A stretch of 64,000 nucleotides of DNA from Octopus vulgaris (lineage: Eukaryota), in assembly GCA_951406725.2 (NCBI GenBank), contig OX597827.1, positions 18,290,001-18,354,000 of the forward strand, given 5' to 3'. This document shows positions 1 to 13,998 of the stretch, piece after piece. Positions within the stretch are counted from its first letter, which is position 1. Each line of letters opens with the position of its first letter. The position numbers were made by a program, and so were the translations under genes. The notes beneath the pieces were generated by a model, which did no database searches, had not been told where the DNA came from, and worked only from the letters and a program-made list of their open reading frames with translations.

Positions 1-259
1 TCCAGCTACTGTTGTTGTTGCTGCTGCTGCTGCTGCAGCTGCTGCTGCTGCTGCTGCTGGTGACACTGCTGCTGTTGTTCTTATATTCATTTATAAATTA
101 CATCACCTCTTCTCATGTCTTTCCCAGGCCAGGGTTAATGTAAAGAAACAGTCAATGAATAAATAAATACATAAATAAATAAATACATAAGCAAAATTAT
201 CCACCCTCATCATAACAGAAGGCTGAATCCATACCAGTGTTACAGCGCGGATAAAAGTA

Positions 260-745
260 TGGTGGTGATGGCGGCCTTGACGGCGATGACGGTGGTGGTG
301 GTGGTAGTGGTGATGGTGGCGGTGATAGTGGAGGTCATTGTGATCATATTCGTGGTGGTGGTGGTGGTGGTGATGGTGGAGGTGATAGTAGTGGTCATTG
401 TGATCATATTGTGGTGGTAGTAGGGGTAGTGGTCATCTTGGTCATCTTCGTGGTGGTGGTAATGCTGATGGTGGTGGCGATGATAGTGGTCATTGTGATC
501 ATATTCGTGGTGGTGGTGGTGGTGACGGTGATCTTGGTCATCTTTGTGGTGATGGTAGCGGTGATAGTAGTGGTCGTTTTGATCATATTCGTGGTGGTGG
601 TGGTGGTGGTGGTGGTCATCTTGGTCATCTTGGTGGTGGTAGTGGTGATGGTGGCGGTGATAGTAGTGGTCATTGTGATCATATTCGTGGTGGTGGTGGT
701 GGTGGTGGTGGTGGTGGTGGTGGTGGTGGTGTCAGTGGTGATGTG
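260..745. repeat. GGT-rich minisatellite with recurring unit GTGATAGTAGTGGTCATTGTGATCATATTCGTGG
   Basis: The unit recurs several times between (GGT)n runs; the overlapping poly-V/poly-T ORFs are artefacts. Confidence 0.85.
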
Positions 746-1052
746 TTGAAGATGGAGGAAATGAGTTCATAGATGGCGGATACATCTCTCTCTCGATCAG
801 CCGGCTTATTTCTAGAGACTTATTGGGTGTTAAGATGGATGAAATAGACGTGAAGATGATGAGCACAAATGAAAAACTACAGGCTGATAATGAGCATGCG
901 CATGGGTATATAACGGGTGGACATGTGGTGGGGGTAGCGGGGTGGAGGTGACGGAACTCTTGGGAAAGATCAGGTTGGTAGACTTGGTAGACTTGGTTTG
1001 AATTTTATGCAATTCGATAAACTTGACTAAATAGAAAGGAATACTGTGGAAG

Positions 1053-1070
1053 CACACAGACACACACGTT

Positions 1071-1101
<31 letters not shown>

Positions 1102-1218
1102 AAATGCATGCACGCACACAAATAAACACACAGATGTACACACAGATAGATACACAGAGATACACAAACATACATAAGCACATAAATACATATACATACA
1201 TATATTTATATATACATA

Positions 1219-1269
<51 letters not shown>

Positions 1270-1298
1270 ATGTGTGTGTGTCTGTGTGTGTGTCTGTG

Positions 1299-1331
<33 letters not shown>

Positions 1332-1644
1332 ATTCATATATATAAATATACATACATATATATACATATATACATATCTGCATATACGCATGTGTTTATA
1401 TATGTGTGCATATGTGAATGCATATATATGTGTGCATATGTGAATGCATATATATATATATATGTATATATGTATATATATATATATATATACATATGTA
1501 TATATATACATATGTATGTATATATATATGTAAGTATATATATGTGTATGTATGTATATATACATACACACACACACACACACACATATATATATGCATG
1601 TACATGGAAACCTAGCTTATGCAGATATGTAAATAATGAACATA

Positions 1645-1684
<40 letters not shown>

Positions 1685-1890
1685 ATATAACACTCTCTTT
1701 CTCTCTTTAAATATATATATGTATATATATACATATATACATAATATATATATATATATATATACATATATACATAACTATATATATATATATATACATA
1801 TAGGTATATATATGTATGTATATATATATACATATATACACACATATATATATACATATATATATATACGTGTTTGTATACATATTCATG
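1053..1890. repeat. Compound (CA)n/(TA)n/(TG)n microsatellite block
   Basis: Dinucleotide runs are directly visible. Confidence 0.95.
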
Positions 1891-2508
1891 TATATTCAGA
1901 TGCATTGAGAATTATCTAACATTGATATTATGTAAATTTGAATACAACATATACGTGTGTGTATATGTGTTTGGGCGTGTGTGTGTGTGCGTGCACGCGT
2001 TTGAAGAAAGATTTCCGTCTTGCAGCCATTAGCTATTATTTCTGTTGATATCCAATACCTAAAATGTACACCGTTGTGTCCTTAGGTCTCCACACATATA
2101 AGAAAATGGGAAACTATCATCAACCGAGATTACCGAAGGATACATTTCCATTTTATGTTGTTTAAAATCTAAAGCCAACAAGCAAGATGAGATAAGACCA
2201 ATAAATTTAGATGATCGAAATCGTCTGCAGTTTTTTTTTTATCAAATCCGATCTAGTTAGAAATAGCAAAAAAAAAAAAAAAAATGGAAAGTTTTCCTGG
2301 GGCAATACTGTCCTAACTTCTTTGTTGAACCTACTTTTTAATGTTGATTCAAATTGTAATTAATATAATCTACCGTCCTTTGCATCCAGTGTAAAATTAG
2401 GAAATTGCGAAAGACTTCCTGATTCGTATAAACAGACGCTACCCTCCTAACTGTAAAAATTTCTTGAGAAAGCAGACACAATATTAACTCTTTGCTTGTC
2501 CTGTATAT

Positions 2509-2688
2509 ATATTTCTTTACTACCCACAAGGGGCTAAACATAGAGGGGACAAACAAGGACAGGCAAAGGGATTAAGTCGATTACATCGACCCCAATGCGA
2601 AGCTGGTACTTTATTTATCGACCTCGAAAGGATGAAAGGCAAAGTCTACCTCGGCGGAATTTGAACTCAGAACGCAACGACAGACGAA
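2509..2688 (-). mobile_element. SINE family C, 5'-truncated
   Basis: Reverse complement matches the repeated core GTTCAAATTCCGCCGAGGT(C/A)GACTTTGCCTTTCATCCTTTCG..GTCGATAAA, seen at about 10 loci in the window. Confidence 0.85.
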
Positions 2689-2703
2689 TATGAAAGAAAG
2701 GCG

Positions 2704-2759
2704 TTCCCATGCCGGGAATCGAATCCGGGCCGCCTGGGTGAAAGCCAGGAATCCTGGGA
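2704..2759 (-). pseudogene. tRNA-Glu(TTC) pseudogene with an internal deletion of the A-box/D-arm 5' portion
   Basis: Minus strand reads TCCCA|GGATTCCTGGCTTTCACCCAGGCGGCCCGGATTCGATTCCCGGCATGGGAA. The anticodon arm and 3' acceptor strand are intact, about 16 nt are missing after TCCCA, and the T-stem has a mismatch. Confidence 0.85.
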
Positions 2760-2974
2760 TACACAATACATAATTCACTGGCATAATTCCATGTATCATA
2801 TACAATGCACATTTCCACTTTTTTCAAATATCAGAGTCCCTCCTGACTTATGAAAGGAAAACAGTATTTTTACTCGGGAAGTAGGAAAGAGGGGCTGACT
2901 AAAAGTCTGGAAACATGGACGCTTAGGACAAACATATGAAAAGGCTTTCGATAACCAAAGGGCTAAAATTGATT

Positions 2975-3420
2975 ATCCTTGCCCATGAACATGGGAACAA
3001 AAACAAAGCCTAATATCGTTTACAACCACCTAACAGAATCGAAGACACATGCACACACAGGAACCCGTACACATATTCATTTGACAAACCCTGAAAAGCA
3101 CTTAGTTATGAGAGATGGGTTACTTACATAGAAACATATAACTGTTACATAGATAAGGCAGATAACTGAACAACTTTACCAGGAAATACATAGTTCACTA
3201 CAAAATGGGCTGAATAAAGCAGAAAATTAAAGAAAAAGACTTCATGCCACAGTATTGAATTATAAATACTTGAAAGATACAAACCTTACTAACCGGACTT
3301 AAAATGTTTGATCTTTGCGATGTACAGAAGAGGAAAATTCCGAAAAACATTCGTAAACAAGGCGTCTATTTTAACACCAGACCAGAGATATTCAAGAAAT
3401 ATAGACACTTTGGAAAGTAG
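2975..3420 (+). mobile_element. Decayed Penelope-like element, GIY-YIG endonuclease C-terminal region
   Basis: Translation near 3300-3420 (KMFDLCDVQKRKI...FNTRPEIFKKYRHFGK*) resembles the PLE motif CxLCxxEKxxI...LNKRSELxxKCRH; NIVY occurs upstream near 3013. Confidence 0.5.
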
Positions 3421-3844
3421 CTATTTAGTCACGGTGAAATACATTCACACTGCAAGAACTTGATATTGCCTTGTCTCAGATTTCCTTGCTGCTTTTTGTT
3501 CTAAATTTCATACTTGTATCATATTCACCTACTATATTTTGATACATACTTTTTTCTTTCTACAGCCACCGAACAAGTTAAATTACAATTAATTTTTCTC
3601 TCTCCTTTCAGCTTCAGTTTTCCACAACGATTTTCCCCCATGGACTTCATAGTCCTATTAATAGCACTGTCAATAGGAAACTACTCACAGCTCCACTGAG
3701 TAATTTCCCCTCAAACTGGAAGTTTAAAAAGATATTTTTGTATACGCAGAAACAGAGTCTGCAACGATGGAACCAATCAAATAGATACAAACACGCGCGC
3801 GCATACACACACATCTATATGGGTGTGTGTGTGTGGGGGGGGGA

Positions 3845-4143
3845 GCAATGGCCCAGTGGTTAGGGCAGCGGACTCGCGGTCGTGGGATCGCGGTTTCGAT
3901 TCCCAGACCGGGCGTTGTGAGTGTTTATTGAGCGAAAACACTTAAAGTTCCGCGAGGCTCCGGCAGCGGATGGTGGCGATCCCTGCTGTACTCTTTCGCC
4001 GCAACTTTCTCTCACTCTTTCTTCCTGTTTCTTGAGTAACGCTGCTATGGACTGGCGTCCCCTCCAGCAGGTGGGGGGAACACATACGCCACAAAAACCG
4101 GGAAACCGGGCCCATGAGCCTGGCTAGGCTTGAAAAGGGCGCA
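3845..4143 (+). mobile_element. SINE family A (tRNA-derived head), tail type 1
   Basis: A-box TGGCCCAGTGG and B-box-like GGTTTCGATTCCC; body shared with copies at 9965, 39554, 44731 and 61668. Confidence 0.9.
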
Positions 4144-4213
4144 AAAAAAAGTCTCAGCGGTTCGACAAAGGATACTGATGGAATAAGATCCAGGCTTGAT
4201 AGATAAAAATGAT

Positions 4214-4607
4214 AGGCGCAGGAGTGGCTAACCAACCACATGGTTCCGGGTTCAGTCCCACTGCGTGGCATCTTGGGCAAGTGTCTTCTGCTATAGCCCC
4301 GGGCCGACCAATGCCTTGTGAGTGGATTTGGTAGACGGAAACTGAAAGAAGCCTGTCGTATATATGTATATATATATGTATGTGTGTGTGTTTGTGTGTC
4401 TGTGTTTGTTCCCCTAGCATTGCTTGACAACCGATGCTGATGTGTTTACGTCCCCGTAACATAGCGGTTCGGCAAAAAGAGACCGATAGAATAAGTACTG
4501 GGCTTACAAAAAGAATAAGTCCCGGGGTCGAGTTGCTCGACTAAAGGCGGTGCTCCAGCATGGCCGCAGTCAAATGACTGAAACAAGTAAAAGAGTAAAA
4601 GAGTAAA
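4214..4607 (+). mobile_element. SINE family B, near full length, with internal microsatellite
   Basis: Head AGGCGCAGGAGTGGC..GGTTCAGTCCC, CORE-like CTTGGGCAAGTGTCTT, and tail (GTAAAAGA)n; more than 10 copies in the window. Confidence 0.9.
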
Positions 4608-5108
4608 GTGCTGGAGTTGATGCAATCGACTAAAAATTCTTTATGGCGGTGCCCCAGCATGGCCGCAGTCAAATGTCTGAAACAAGCAGAATATAAAAGA
4701 TAAAAGTTACATACAGACATACATACATGCATACTTACATATGTATGTAACTTTTATCCATGCATATATACACGCATCCAAAATACACAGGCACTTGTAA
4801 AGCGTTTGATATTATGTGGGCATATGATTGTTTTTCTATATTTGTGTGTTGTTGATTGTATTTGTGTGCATGCGTGCATCTTATATATATATGTGTGTGT
4901 GTATGCATGGGTGTATATGTGCAAGTGTGCATGTGTACGTCTATGAGAGTGTTTGTGTGTTGGGGATGGGGGGGTGACGGGTCCACGTATTGGTAATGAT
5001 GACTACAAGTATGCCGAAAATGGTGATCAATAAGAAAAATCAGACAAGCTGGCGAGTCATTAAAATATCGAATTTATTTATTATAAAAACAGTAGCACAT
5101 GTACTTAT

Positions 5109-6245
<1,137 letters not shown>

Positions 6246-7439
6246 AGAAAAATGGGACAAGATCGCAAAATATCCAGACAGGTGATAGAAAAAGGGACAA
6301 CAAAACATCTAGATAGACGATACAAAGAAAACAAGGACGGGTCATTAGGAGTTTTCTATCTTCAGTCGAGATCCAGATCATCTTTGTAATTTCAGCTGGT
6401 TATATTCGAGATTGCTTCAATCTGGCCAGCCCCAAGAAAAAACTAAGCTAAGAGCATTAGATTCCTTGGAAGAAAGCAGCGAATGTATACGAAAACAAAG
6501 ACGGGGAAAAAACGGAGAATGTTACACAAATACAAATAACAAGACATAACAACAGATGTCCTTCGACTAAGGATGAATTAAATTAAGCTGGCGTGTGTGG
6601 AAGTAAAGTCTTACTGCAGGGATTGAGAATTGGACGGGCACAGGGAGGAATATAGATGTTGCACGGATGGTAGTCTATCAAGAAAGAAAAGTCATGCTGG
6701 ACCAAACACCGGTCACGTGGGGAAAGAAGAGAGAGAGGTAGAGGCAGAGGGATAGAAGAATTAAGGAGAGGCGACAAAACATGAAAGGGACACAGTGAAG
6801 TGAAAAGAGGAGGTAAAGTGAGCATGAAGAGAAGACCAAGAAATGGGAGAGAGGGGGAACGAAAGAACGAAGAGTGGAATGAACGAAGTAAGCGTGAAAG
6901 AGCTGATAGAAATAAGGAAAGAATGAAAGAATAATAGAGTCGTACAAAATTTAGATATATATTTGTACTTACATATAAGAGACCAAAGTGTACGTACGCC
7001 GCTATATTTTTTTATATATAAAAATACAAAAATGGGACAGACTAACGAAAGAACGGCACTCAACACATTAATTGGGAGTTACATGTATGGATCAAAATAG
7101 CTTGATTCAATTTCCTTAGTACTCTGAGTTTCAAACGTGTCGCTAGCCTTCGGCCAAAATACCAAAGGAGTTTGAATCAAACTGTTTTAATCCATATATA
7201 TATATATATACCCCCCCTTACCTCCCCCTCTTCCCTCATCTCCTCTCTCTACACTACACCATACGACTTTACACATGACATCATATATACATACACACGT
7301 CCAGACCTCTCATACGCGCTAATACTCTCTCATACACACACACACACTCTTATGTTGGAGCGAGGTCATTTAACCCTATTATCTCCCCTAATTTCGCTCT
7401 TGCGTCTCACGTTTGATCTTTGACTTCTGGCCGAAATCA

Positions 7440-7680
7440 GATCGCCATGTTGATTCGCTAGCCTCTGCACGCATATTTTTTTCTCTCCTTCTTTCTGTGT
7501 TTTTTCTCTGTGTATCTTTCTGTTGAAGAGCGTAGGCTCGAAACGTTAAAGACTTGTTTTATTTATATTTCCTGAGCGCCATACTAATACAATTGTTTGT
7601 TTGTATTCCACCTGCCTTCGTCTTTTGTTTATTTCCGTAAACCTGCCTTTGTCTTTTGTCTACTTTCATAAAGCTTCCCG

Positions 7681-7682
<2 letters not shown>
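7440..7682 (+). mobile_element. Short Penelope/retrozyme-like repeat with a hammerhead-like motif (7515-7552)
   Basis: Homologous copies at 13705, 17225 (minus) and 24762; motif TCTTT-CTGTTGA-AGAGC-GTAG-GCTC-GAAA-CG-TT-AAAGA; ends in (TA)n. Confidence 0.7.
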
Positions 7683-7709
<27 letters not shown>

Positions 7710-7725
<16 letters not shown>

Positions 7726-9235
7726 TCTAGTTGTGTGAGTGTCTGTCCCCTTCGATTTAGATTCCTAACTCCTCCCACATTTTGCGGTGCAGTTTAACCA
7801 AATTCGGGTATCTTATAGTCGTGATTCATATCGAGCCCGTCTGACTATTAGCGCGCGTCAACGATGAGTCTACGATTTTAAAAATAATTTAACATCATTT
7901 TTTATTCCATTTTAATGCATAAAATGCATCGTATGTCGATGGCGGCGGAGTTGGCGTCCACGCTCACAGCTGCACCTGTTTGCTTCTCCCCCTTCCCTCC
8001 CTCGTGAAGCTGTGGGGAAGGGAGTGTAAAGAAATCAACGTCGTAATGCATTGTGAAGGAAACCAGCGTTCTTTTAGAACAACGACTTCATGGCTTGAAG
8101 ACACCAAAACAAAAATGGCTAAGAAAGCCCGAATTTATAAGGGAAGTAACTCTTTAAAAATGCTTATATAGTTATTTCCCTTACAAACCCGAGCAACGCC
8201 GGGCGATACTGCTAGTATATATATAAAACTGTAGTTGTGTGAGTGTCTGTCCCCTTCGATTTAGATTCCGAACTACTCCCACATTTTGCGGTGCAGTTTA
8301 ACCAAATTCGGGTATCTTATAGTCGTGATTCATATCGAGCCCGTCTGAGTATTAGCGCGCGTCTACGATGAGTCTACGATTTTAAAAATAATTTAACATC
8401 ATTTTTTATTCCATTTTAATGCATAATTTTTCGTGTGTCGATGGCGGCGGAGTTGGCGTCCACGGTCACACCCGCACCTGTTTGCTTCTCCCCTTCTTCC
8501 CTCCCTCGTGAAGCTGTGGGGAAGGGAGTGTAAGGAAATCAACGTCGTAAAGCGTTGTCAAGGAGACCAGCATTCTTTTAGAACAACGATTTCATGGCTT
8601 GAAGACACCAAAACAGAAATGGCTAAGAAAGCCCGAATTGGCATCTATAAGGGAAGTAACTCTCTAAAAATGCTTATATAGTTATTTCCCTTACAAACCC
8701 GAGCAACGTCGGGCGATACTGCTAGTCTATATATATAAAACTCTAGTTGTGTGAGTGTCTGTCCCCTTCGATTTAGATTCCTAACTACTCCCACATTTTG
8801 CGGTGCAGTTTAACCAAATTCGGGTATCTTATAGTCGTGATTCATATCGAGCCCGTCTGGCTATTAGCGCGCGTCAACAATGAGTCTACGATTTTAAAAA
8901 TAATTTAACATCATTTTTTATTCCATTTTAATGCATAATTTTTCGTGTGTCGATGGCGGCGGAGTTGGCGTCCACGCTCACAGCTGCACCTGTTTGCTTC
9001 TCCCCCTTCCCTCCGTCGTGAAGCTGTGGGGAAGGGAGTGTAAGGAAATCAACGTCGTAATGCGTTGTCAAGGAGACCAGCGTTCTTTTAGAACAACGAC
9101 TTCATGGCTTGAAGACACCAAAACAGAAATGGCTAAGAAAGCCCGAATTGGCATCTATAAGGGAAGTAACTCTCTAAAAATGCTTATATAGTTATTTCCC
9201 TTACAAACCTGAGCAACGCCGGGCGATACTGCTAG
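7710..9235 (+). mobile_element. Head-to-tail array of three ~510-bp non-autonomous Helitrons
   Basis: Units ~7710-8215, 8216-8725 and 8726-9235. Each ends with a CCCGAGCAACGCCGGG-type hairpin then CTAG. Unit 3 starts TC, giving a CTAG|TC junction. No TIRs or TSD. Confidence 0.9.
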
Positions 9236-9508
9236 TTATTAAATATATTTTAAAATCGGTTTCAAATTGTTTTTTTAAAGAAATATCTATCCATTTCCTG
9301 TATACTGTATCTGTCACTGCAAGCTGTTTAAGTAACGTTTATGGATATAAGCTTAATTTTATGAGCAAATTGTTAAGTGTGAGCTTAGCTGTGTGGTTAC
9401 TTCGTGTTTAACGTCGCACTGACGATGTAAAGCTTGCAACCATTGGCGCAGTCTCACCCGTCTCCTTTTGATTTTTTTACTTTGTTTATTCTCTTCGAAA
9501 GAAATATA

Positions 9509-9905
9509 TCTTTATATATAAAAGTCAAGTTGTGTGTCTGTCTCCTATGATTTAGATTCCTAACTACTCCCACATTTTGCGGTGCAGTTTAACCCAAACC
9601 GGGTATCTTATAGTCGTGATTCATATCGAGCCCTTCTGGGTATTAATGCGCGTCTACGATGAGTCTAGGATTTTAAAAAAAATTTACCATAATTTTTTTC
9701 CATTTTAATGCATTTTTTCGCTATTATATAAGGGGAAGTAACTCTCTAAAAATGTCTACGATGAGTACGATTTAAAAAACAATTTACCATCATTTTTTTT
9801 CCATTTTTAATGCATTTTTTTGCTATTTTTTCGCTATAACTCTCTAAAAATGCTTATATAGTTATTTCCCTTACAAACCCGAGCAACACCGGGCGATTCT
9901 GCTAG
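9509..9905 (+). mobile_element. Non-autonomous Helitron, related subfamily
   Basis: A|TC...CTAG|T termini with a subterminal hairpin. Shares both ends with the array units, lacks their GC-rich middle, and has an internal duplication. Confidence 0.9.
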
Positions 9906-9964
9906 TATATATATATATGATTAATCTACGAAGGTGTCATTAATTCTATTATTATCCAATGACC

Positions 9965-10318
9965 TGTGGAGGCGCAATGGCCCAGTGGTTAGGGCAGCGG
10001 ACTCGCGATCGTAGGATCACGGTTTCGATTCCAAGACCGGGCATTGTGAGTGTTTATTGAGCGAAAACACCTAAAGCTCCACGAGGCTCCGGCAGGGGAT
10101 GGTGGTGAACCCTGCTGTACTCTTTCACCACAACTTTCTCTCACTCTTTCTTCCTGTTTCTGTTGTACCTGTATTTCAAACGCTGAATCTCCCTGAGAAC
10201 TACGTTCAGGGTACACGTGTCTGTGGAATGCTCAGCCACTTGCACGTTAATTCCACGAGCAAGCTGTTCCGTTGATCGTATCAGCTGGGACCCTCATCAT
10301 CGTAACCGACGGAGTGCT
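9965..10318 (+). mobile_element. SINE family A, tail type 2
   Basis: Same head and body as 3845; the 3' part differs after CTCACTCTTTCTTCCTGTTTCT. Confidence 0.88.
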
Positions 10319-10606
10319 CCTATCCAATGTAACTATTTTAAAAAGTAATAATAACAGAATCAATGACACAGGCGATAGCAGGCCCCAAAATAGCATTAAA
10401 TAGCCGAGGGATTAAAATTAATCAAAGGACATACTAAGTATGTCTACCTGCTAGAAATAACAGTCAAAACTCTTATTAAATCGCCAAAAATACACTGATG
10501 AAAACTACAGAAATCAAACGAAGGCACAATCAGGTTAAGACAATCTACAAACATACATTTAAGTATTTGGACTCACGCGGACCGGCTTCTGCATATATAT
10601 ATATAT

Positions 10607-10707
10607 AGCGGGGTGGCGTCATTCGAAGGCTAAAACAATGCGAACGCATTGTGACCAGCGATGTGTAACAACATCTGATGGTCTGTTCGGTCACGTGATT
10701 ACGTGAT
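10607..10707 (+). mobile_element. 5'-truncated copy of SINE A tail type 3
   Basis: Matches the 3' ends of the copies at 39554 and 44731; flanked by (TA)n. Confidence 0.75.
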
Positions 10708-10732
10708 ATATATATATATATATACATATATA

Positions 10733-10821
<89 letters not shown>

Positions 10822-10920
10822 TCAATTCAAGCAATTATTTCAAATAAACGAATAAAAATAATGGACAAGAGTACGAGCACAAGGAATGTATTAGCCTGAC
10901 GCCGCGGTGAAAAGAGAGAG

Positions 10921-10953
10921 TTTGACGTTTCGAGGATAGCTCTTCGTCGGAAA
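10921..10953 (-). ncRNA. Hammerhead-like motif (core CCGACGA, GUC site) in a Penelope-like remnant
   Basis: Minus strand TTT-CCGACGA-AGAG-CTATC-CTC-GAAA-CG-TC-AAA; stem I is weak. Confidence 0.45.
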
Positions 10954-10994
10954 GGAGAAAGGGAAAAGTCCAAAGAAGGAAAAGAAATCGCCAA

Positions 10995-11140
<146 letters not shown>

Positions 11141-11257
11141 TGTATGTATGTATGTATGTATGTATGTATGTATGTATGTATGTATGTATGTATGTATGTA
11201 TGTATGTATGTATGTATGTATGTATGTATGTATGTATAAACATAGTGTACAAATAAC

Positions 11258-11535
11258 ATATGGGAAACAACTCGCCCCAATTATTACGTTGTATGAGCAC
11301 GAACTAATTCCACAAGAATTCAAAGATGTCTGCGTCGTACACCTTTGAAAAAAAGGAACAGAAGCATACAACAGTGTGACAATCATATGAGTTCATGAGA
11401 TTTCAGGAAAAATCCTAGCACGGGTCATGTTTAATGAACTCATACAACTTCATGTGTCTGGGCTTCTTTTGAAGAGTCAGTGTCGTCTCTGAAAACCTCT
11501 CGGGACCATTGACACGAAATTTGCTGCAAGACAAA
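11258..11535 (+). mobile_element. RTE/BovB-like LINE reverse transcriptase fragment, decayed
   Basis: Translates to IPQEFKDVCVVHL*KKG...CDNH...GKILARVMFN, matching the RTE motif IPQxFKDAxIxHLYKxKG..CDNHRGISLL..GKILAR. Confidence 0.75.
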
Positions 11536-11557
11536 AAAATTAAGATCGTTATTGTAT

Positions 11558-11721
11558 AGGCGCAGGAGTGGCTGTGTGGTAAGTAGCTTGCTTACCAACC
11601 ACATAGTTCCGAGTTCAGTCTCACTGCGTAACACTTTGGTCAAGTGTCTTCTACTTTAGCCTCGGGTCGAACAAAGCCTCGTGAATGGATTTGGTAAACG
11701 GAAACTGAAAGAAGCCCGTCT

Positions 11722-11779
<58 letters not shown>

Positions 11780-11874
11780 TGTGTGTGTGTGCGTGTGCGT
11801 GCGTGTATGTTTGTGTGTCTGCGTTTGTCCCACCCCCACCCCATAGCTTGACAACCGATGCTGGTATGTTTACG
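11558..11874 (+). mobile_element. SINE family B, 3'-truncated at the Tc1 junction
   Basis: Family B head and body with internal (TG)n. Confidence 0.85.
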
Positions 11875-11879
11875 AGGTG

Positions 11880-12767
11880 TGGACTCGTACAAAGTCGAAA
11901 TTGTTTCCAAAGGAATTTTTGTCCATTCTTCAGCTAAAACAGTCTCCAGTTCTTGTAGTGATTTCCAAGATATAGCACACAGATCATCATAGATCCTCCA
12001 TTTTTAACAGTTGGAAGAAGACAGTCTGGGTCAAATGCTTCTTTTGGCTGTCTCCACACATATACTTGGCCGGTGGTTGGAAATAAGGTAACGGTTGACT
12101 CGTCCGAGAAAATAACATTCTTCCACTGCCCAAGGACCAATTCTGTGGGTTTTTACTCCACTCTAAATGCTTTGCAACGTTTGTTTCTGAAAGTAGTGGT
12201 TTTCTGATTGCAGCCCTCCAGTGAAATGCGGCTTTGTGCAGCTCTTGGCGAACTGTTTTTGTGGAAACTGGGTTCTTGAGATGGTCATTGAGCTCTGCAG
12301 TAATTTTGGGAGCTGTACTTTTGTGATCCTTTCTAACAATTCGTGTAAGGGTCCGACGATCCCTATTTGAAAGATTTGGTTTTCTTTCGGGGTTTTCTTT
12401 CGACGACGAGGTTTTTCCGTCTTTCTCAAACGGTGTCATTACTTTCGAGACACCAAACAGTTCTTGATACACCAAATATTTCGGCTGTTTTCGTTAGGCT
12501 AGCACCATACGAGCACCAACAATTTGACCTCTTTGAAAGACCGATAAATCTGTCATTTTAATGAATTTTAATTACCTTCTTCTGATGATATATGCAAAGA
12601 AACAGCAATTTTAGCAAAACATATTAAGCAACACTAATAATAAATCAGAAAATATAAAAATAAACAAGCTTTTGACGGTCTTATAGATATTTCAAAATCA
12701 TGATTATGGATATTTCAAAATTATGAATCTATGTTCTAGGTGTTTCCATTATTTTGTCCAACTGGTG
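11880..12767 (-). mobile_element. Tc1-family DNA transposon with frameshifted transposase pseudogene, 3'-truncated
   Basis: TA followed by TIR CACCAGTTGGACAAAATAATGGAAACACC. ATG at 12556 gives MTDLSVFQRGQIVGAR; motifs VSTKTVRQELH, RKPLL, WKNVIFSDES and PTVKNGGSMMI follow. Confidence 0.92.
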
Positions 12768-12786
12768 TACATATACACACACACGC

Positions 12787-12887
<101 letters not shown>

Positions 12888-12888
12888 C

Positions 12889-12969
<81 letters not shown>

Positions 12970-13532
12970 TAGATATATTTCCTTTCTGTTATTCTTTTAT
13001 CTCCCCTTCGCCGTACTCTGTGTCTCTCTCTCTCCCTCACTCTTCCTCCTTTGCTCTCTCGCTGCTCGCACGTGACCATCAGCCATCTTTCTTTTTCTAA
13101 CCTGAGTTTCTTTCTTTCCTTCCGATCAGCCGCAGGAATCAGGCGCATTCTTGTTTGTCTCCTGTCAGAGCTTGTTCCTCCAGCGTTCGCCAATTCACTT
13201 CGTTAAGGCTTAGCAGCCCTTTCTCTTTGTTTTCACTGTACTGTTCTCGTTACTAACTTTGACCCTCCGCAAAAATTCCAAATTCTATTTAATTTGCTTT
13301 GAGGGACCAACTGTTTTGTCGAAGTCGTATCTTGTGAATTGCTCGAAATATGGAGTAGAAAAACAGTCGACAACTGATGAGGGGTCGTTCTTTATGTGGC
13401 TTGTTTTGTTTTCCAATTGTTTCTTTCGTTGTTCGTATTCCATGATTTCGTATTTCGTATTTCATGTTGTTCTGTGACGTCATGTGCCTATATATGCATG
13501 TATATATACATATATATGTATGTACATATATG

Positions 13533-13588
<56 letters not shown>

Positions 13589-13704
13589 TATTATTTATAT
13601 TATTATATGATTGAACGCCACGCATCCATTTCCAAGTAAGTTTTTATCTTATAAATACATACATATATATATATATATATACATATATATATGTATATAT
13701 ATGT

Positions 13705-13901
13705 GTGCCATGATAGATCGTTAGCTCCAACACACATTTTTTTCTCTCCTTGTTTTTTTCTGTGTATCTTTCTGTCGAAGAGCGTAGGCTCGAAACCTAA
13801 AAGACTTTTTCTATTTCTATTCCTGAGCGCCATACTAATACATTTGCTTGTTTGTACTCCACCTGCCTTCGTCTTTTGTTTATTTTCGTAAACTTTCCCG
13901 T

Positions 13902-13903
<2 letters not shown>
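13705..13903 (+). mobile_element. Short hammerhead-like repeat, copy 2
   Basis: Homologous to 7440-7682; motif at 13767-13804; embedded in TA-rich microsatellite. Confidence 0.7.

Positions 13904-13998
<95 letters not shown>

Noticed and set aside
3845-3915. tRNA gene at SINE A heads
   Set aside because: A/B boxes are present but there is no proper cloverleaf, and the sequence continues into the SINE body.
6250-6950. Possible Penelope-like remnant (also 13060-13490)
   Set aside because: Only compositional resemblance and a shared CACGTGACC word; no ORF or ribozyme motif I can support.
7710-9235. CRISPR array or tandem small-gene cluster
   Set aside because: Units are ~510 bp with no unique spacers, the termini are Helitron-like, and the context is eukaryotic.
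13344-13388. Possible hammerhead (GAAA...CTGATGAG)
   Set aside because: Core words are present, but stems I and III cannot be formed convincingly.
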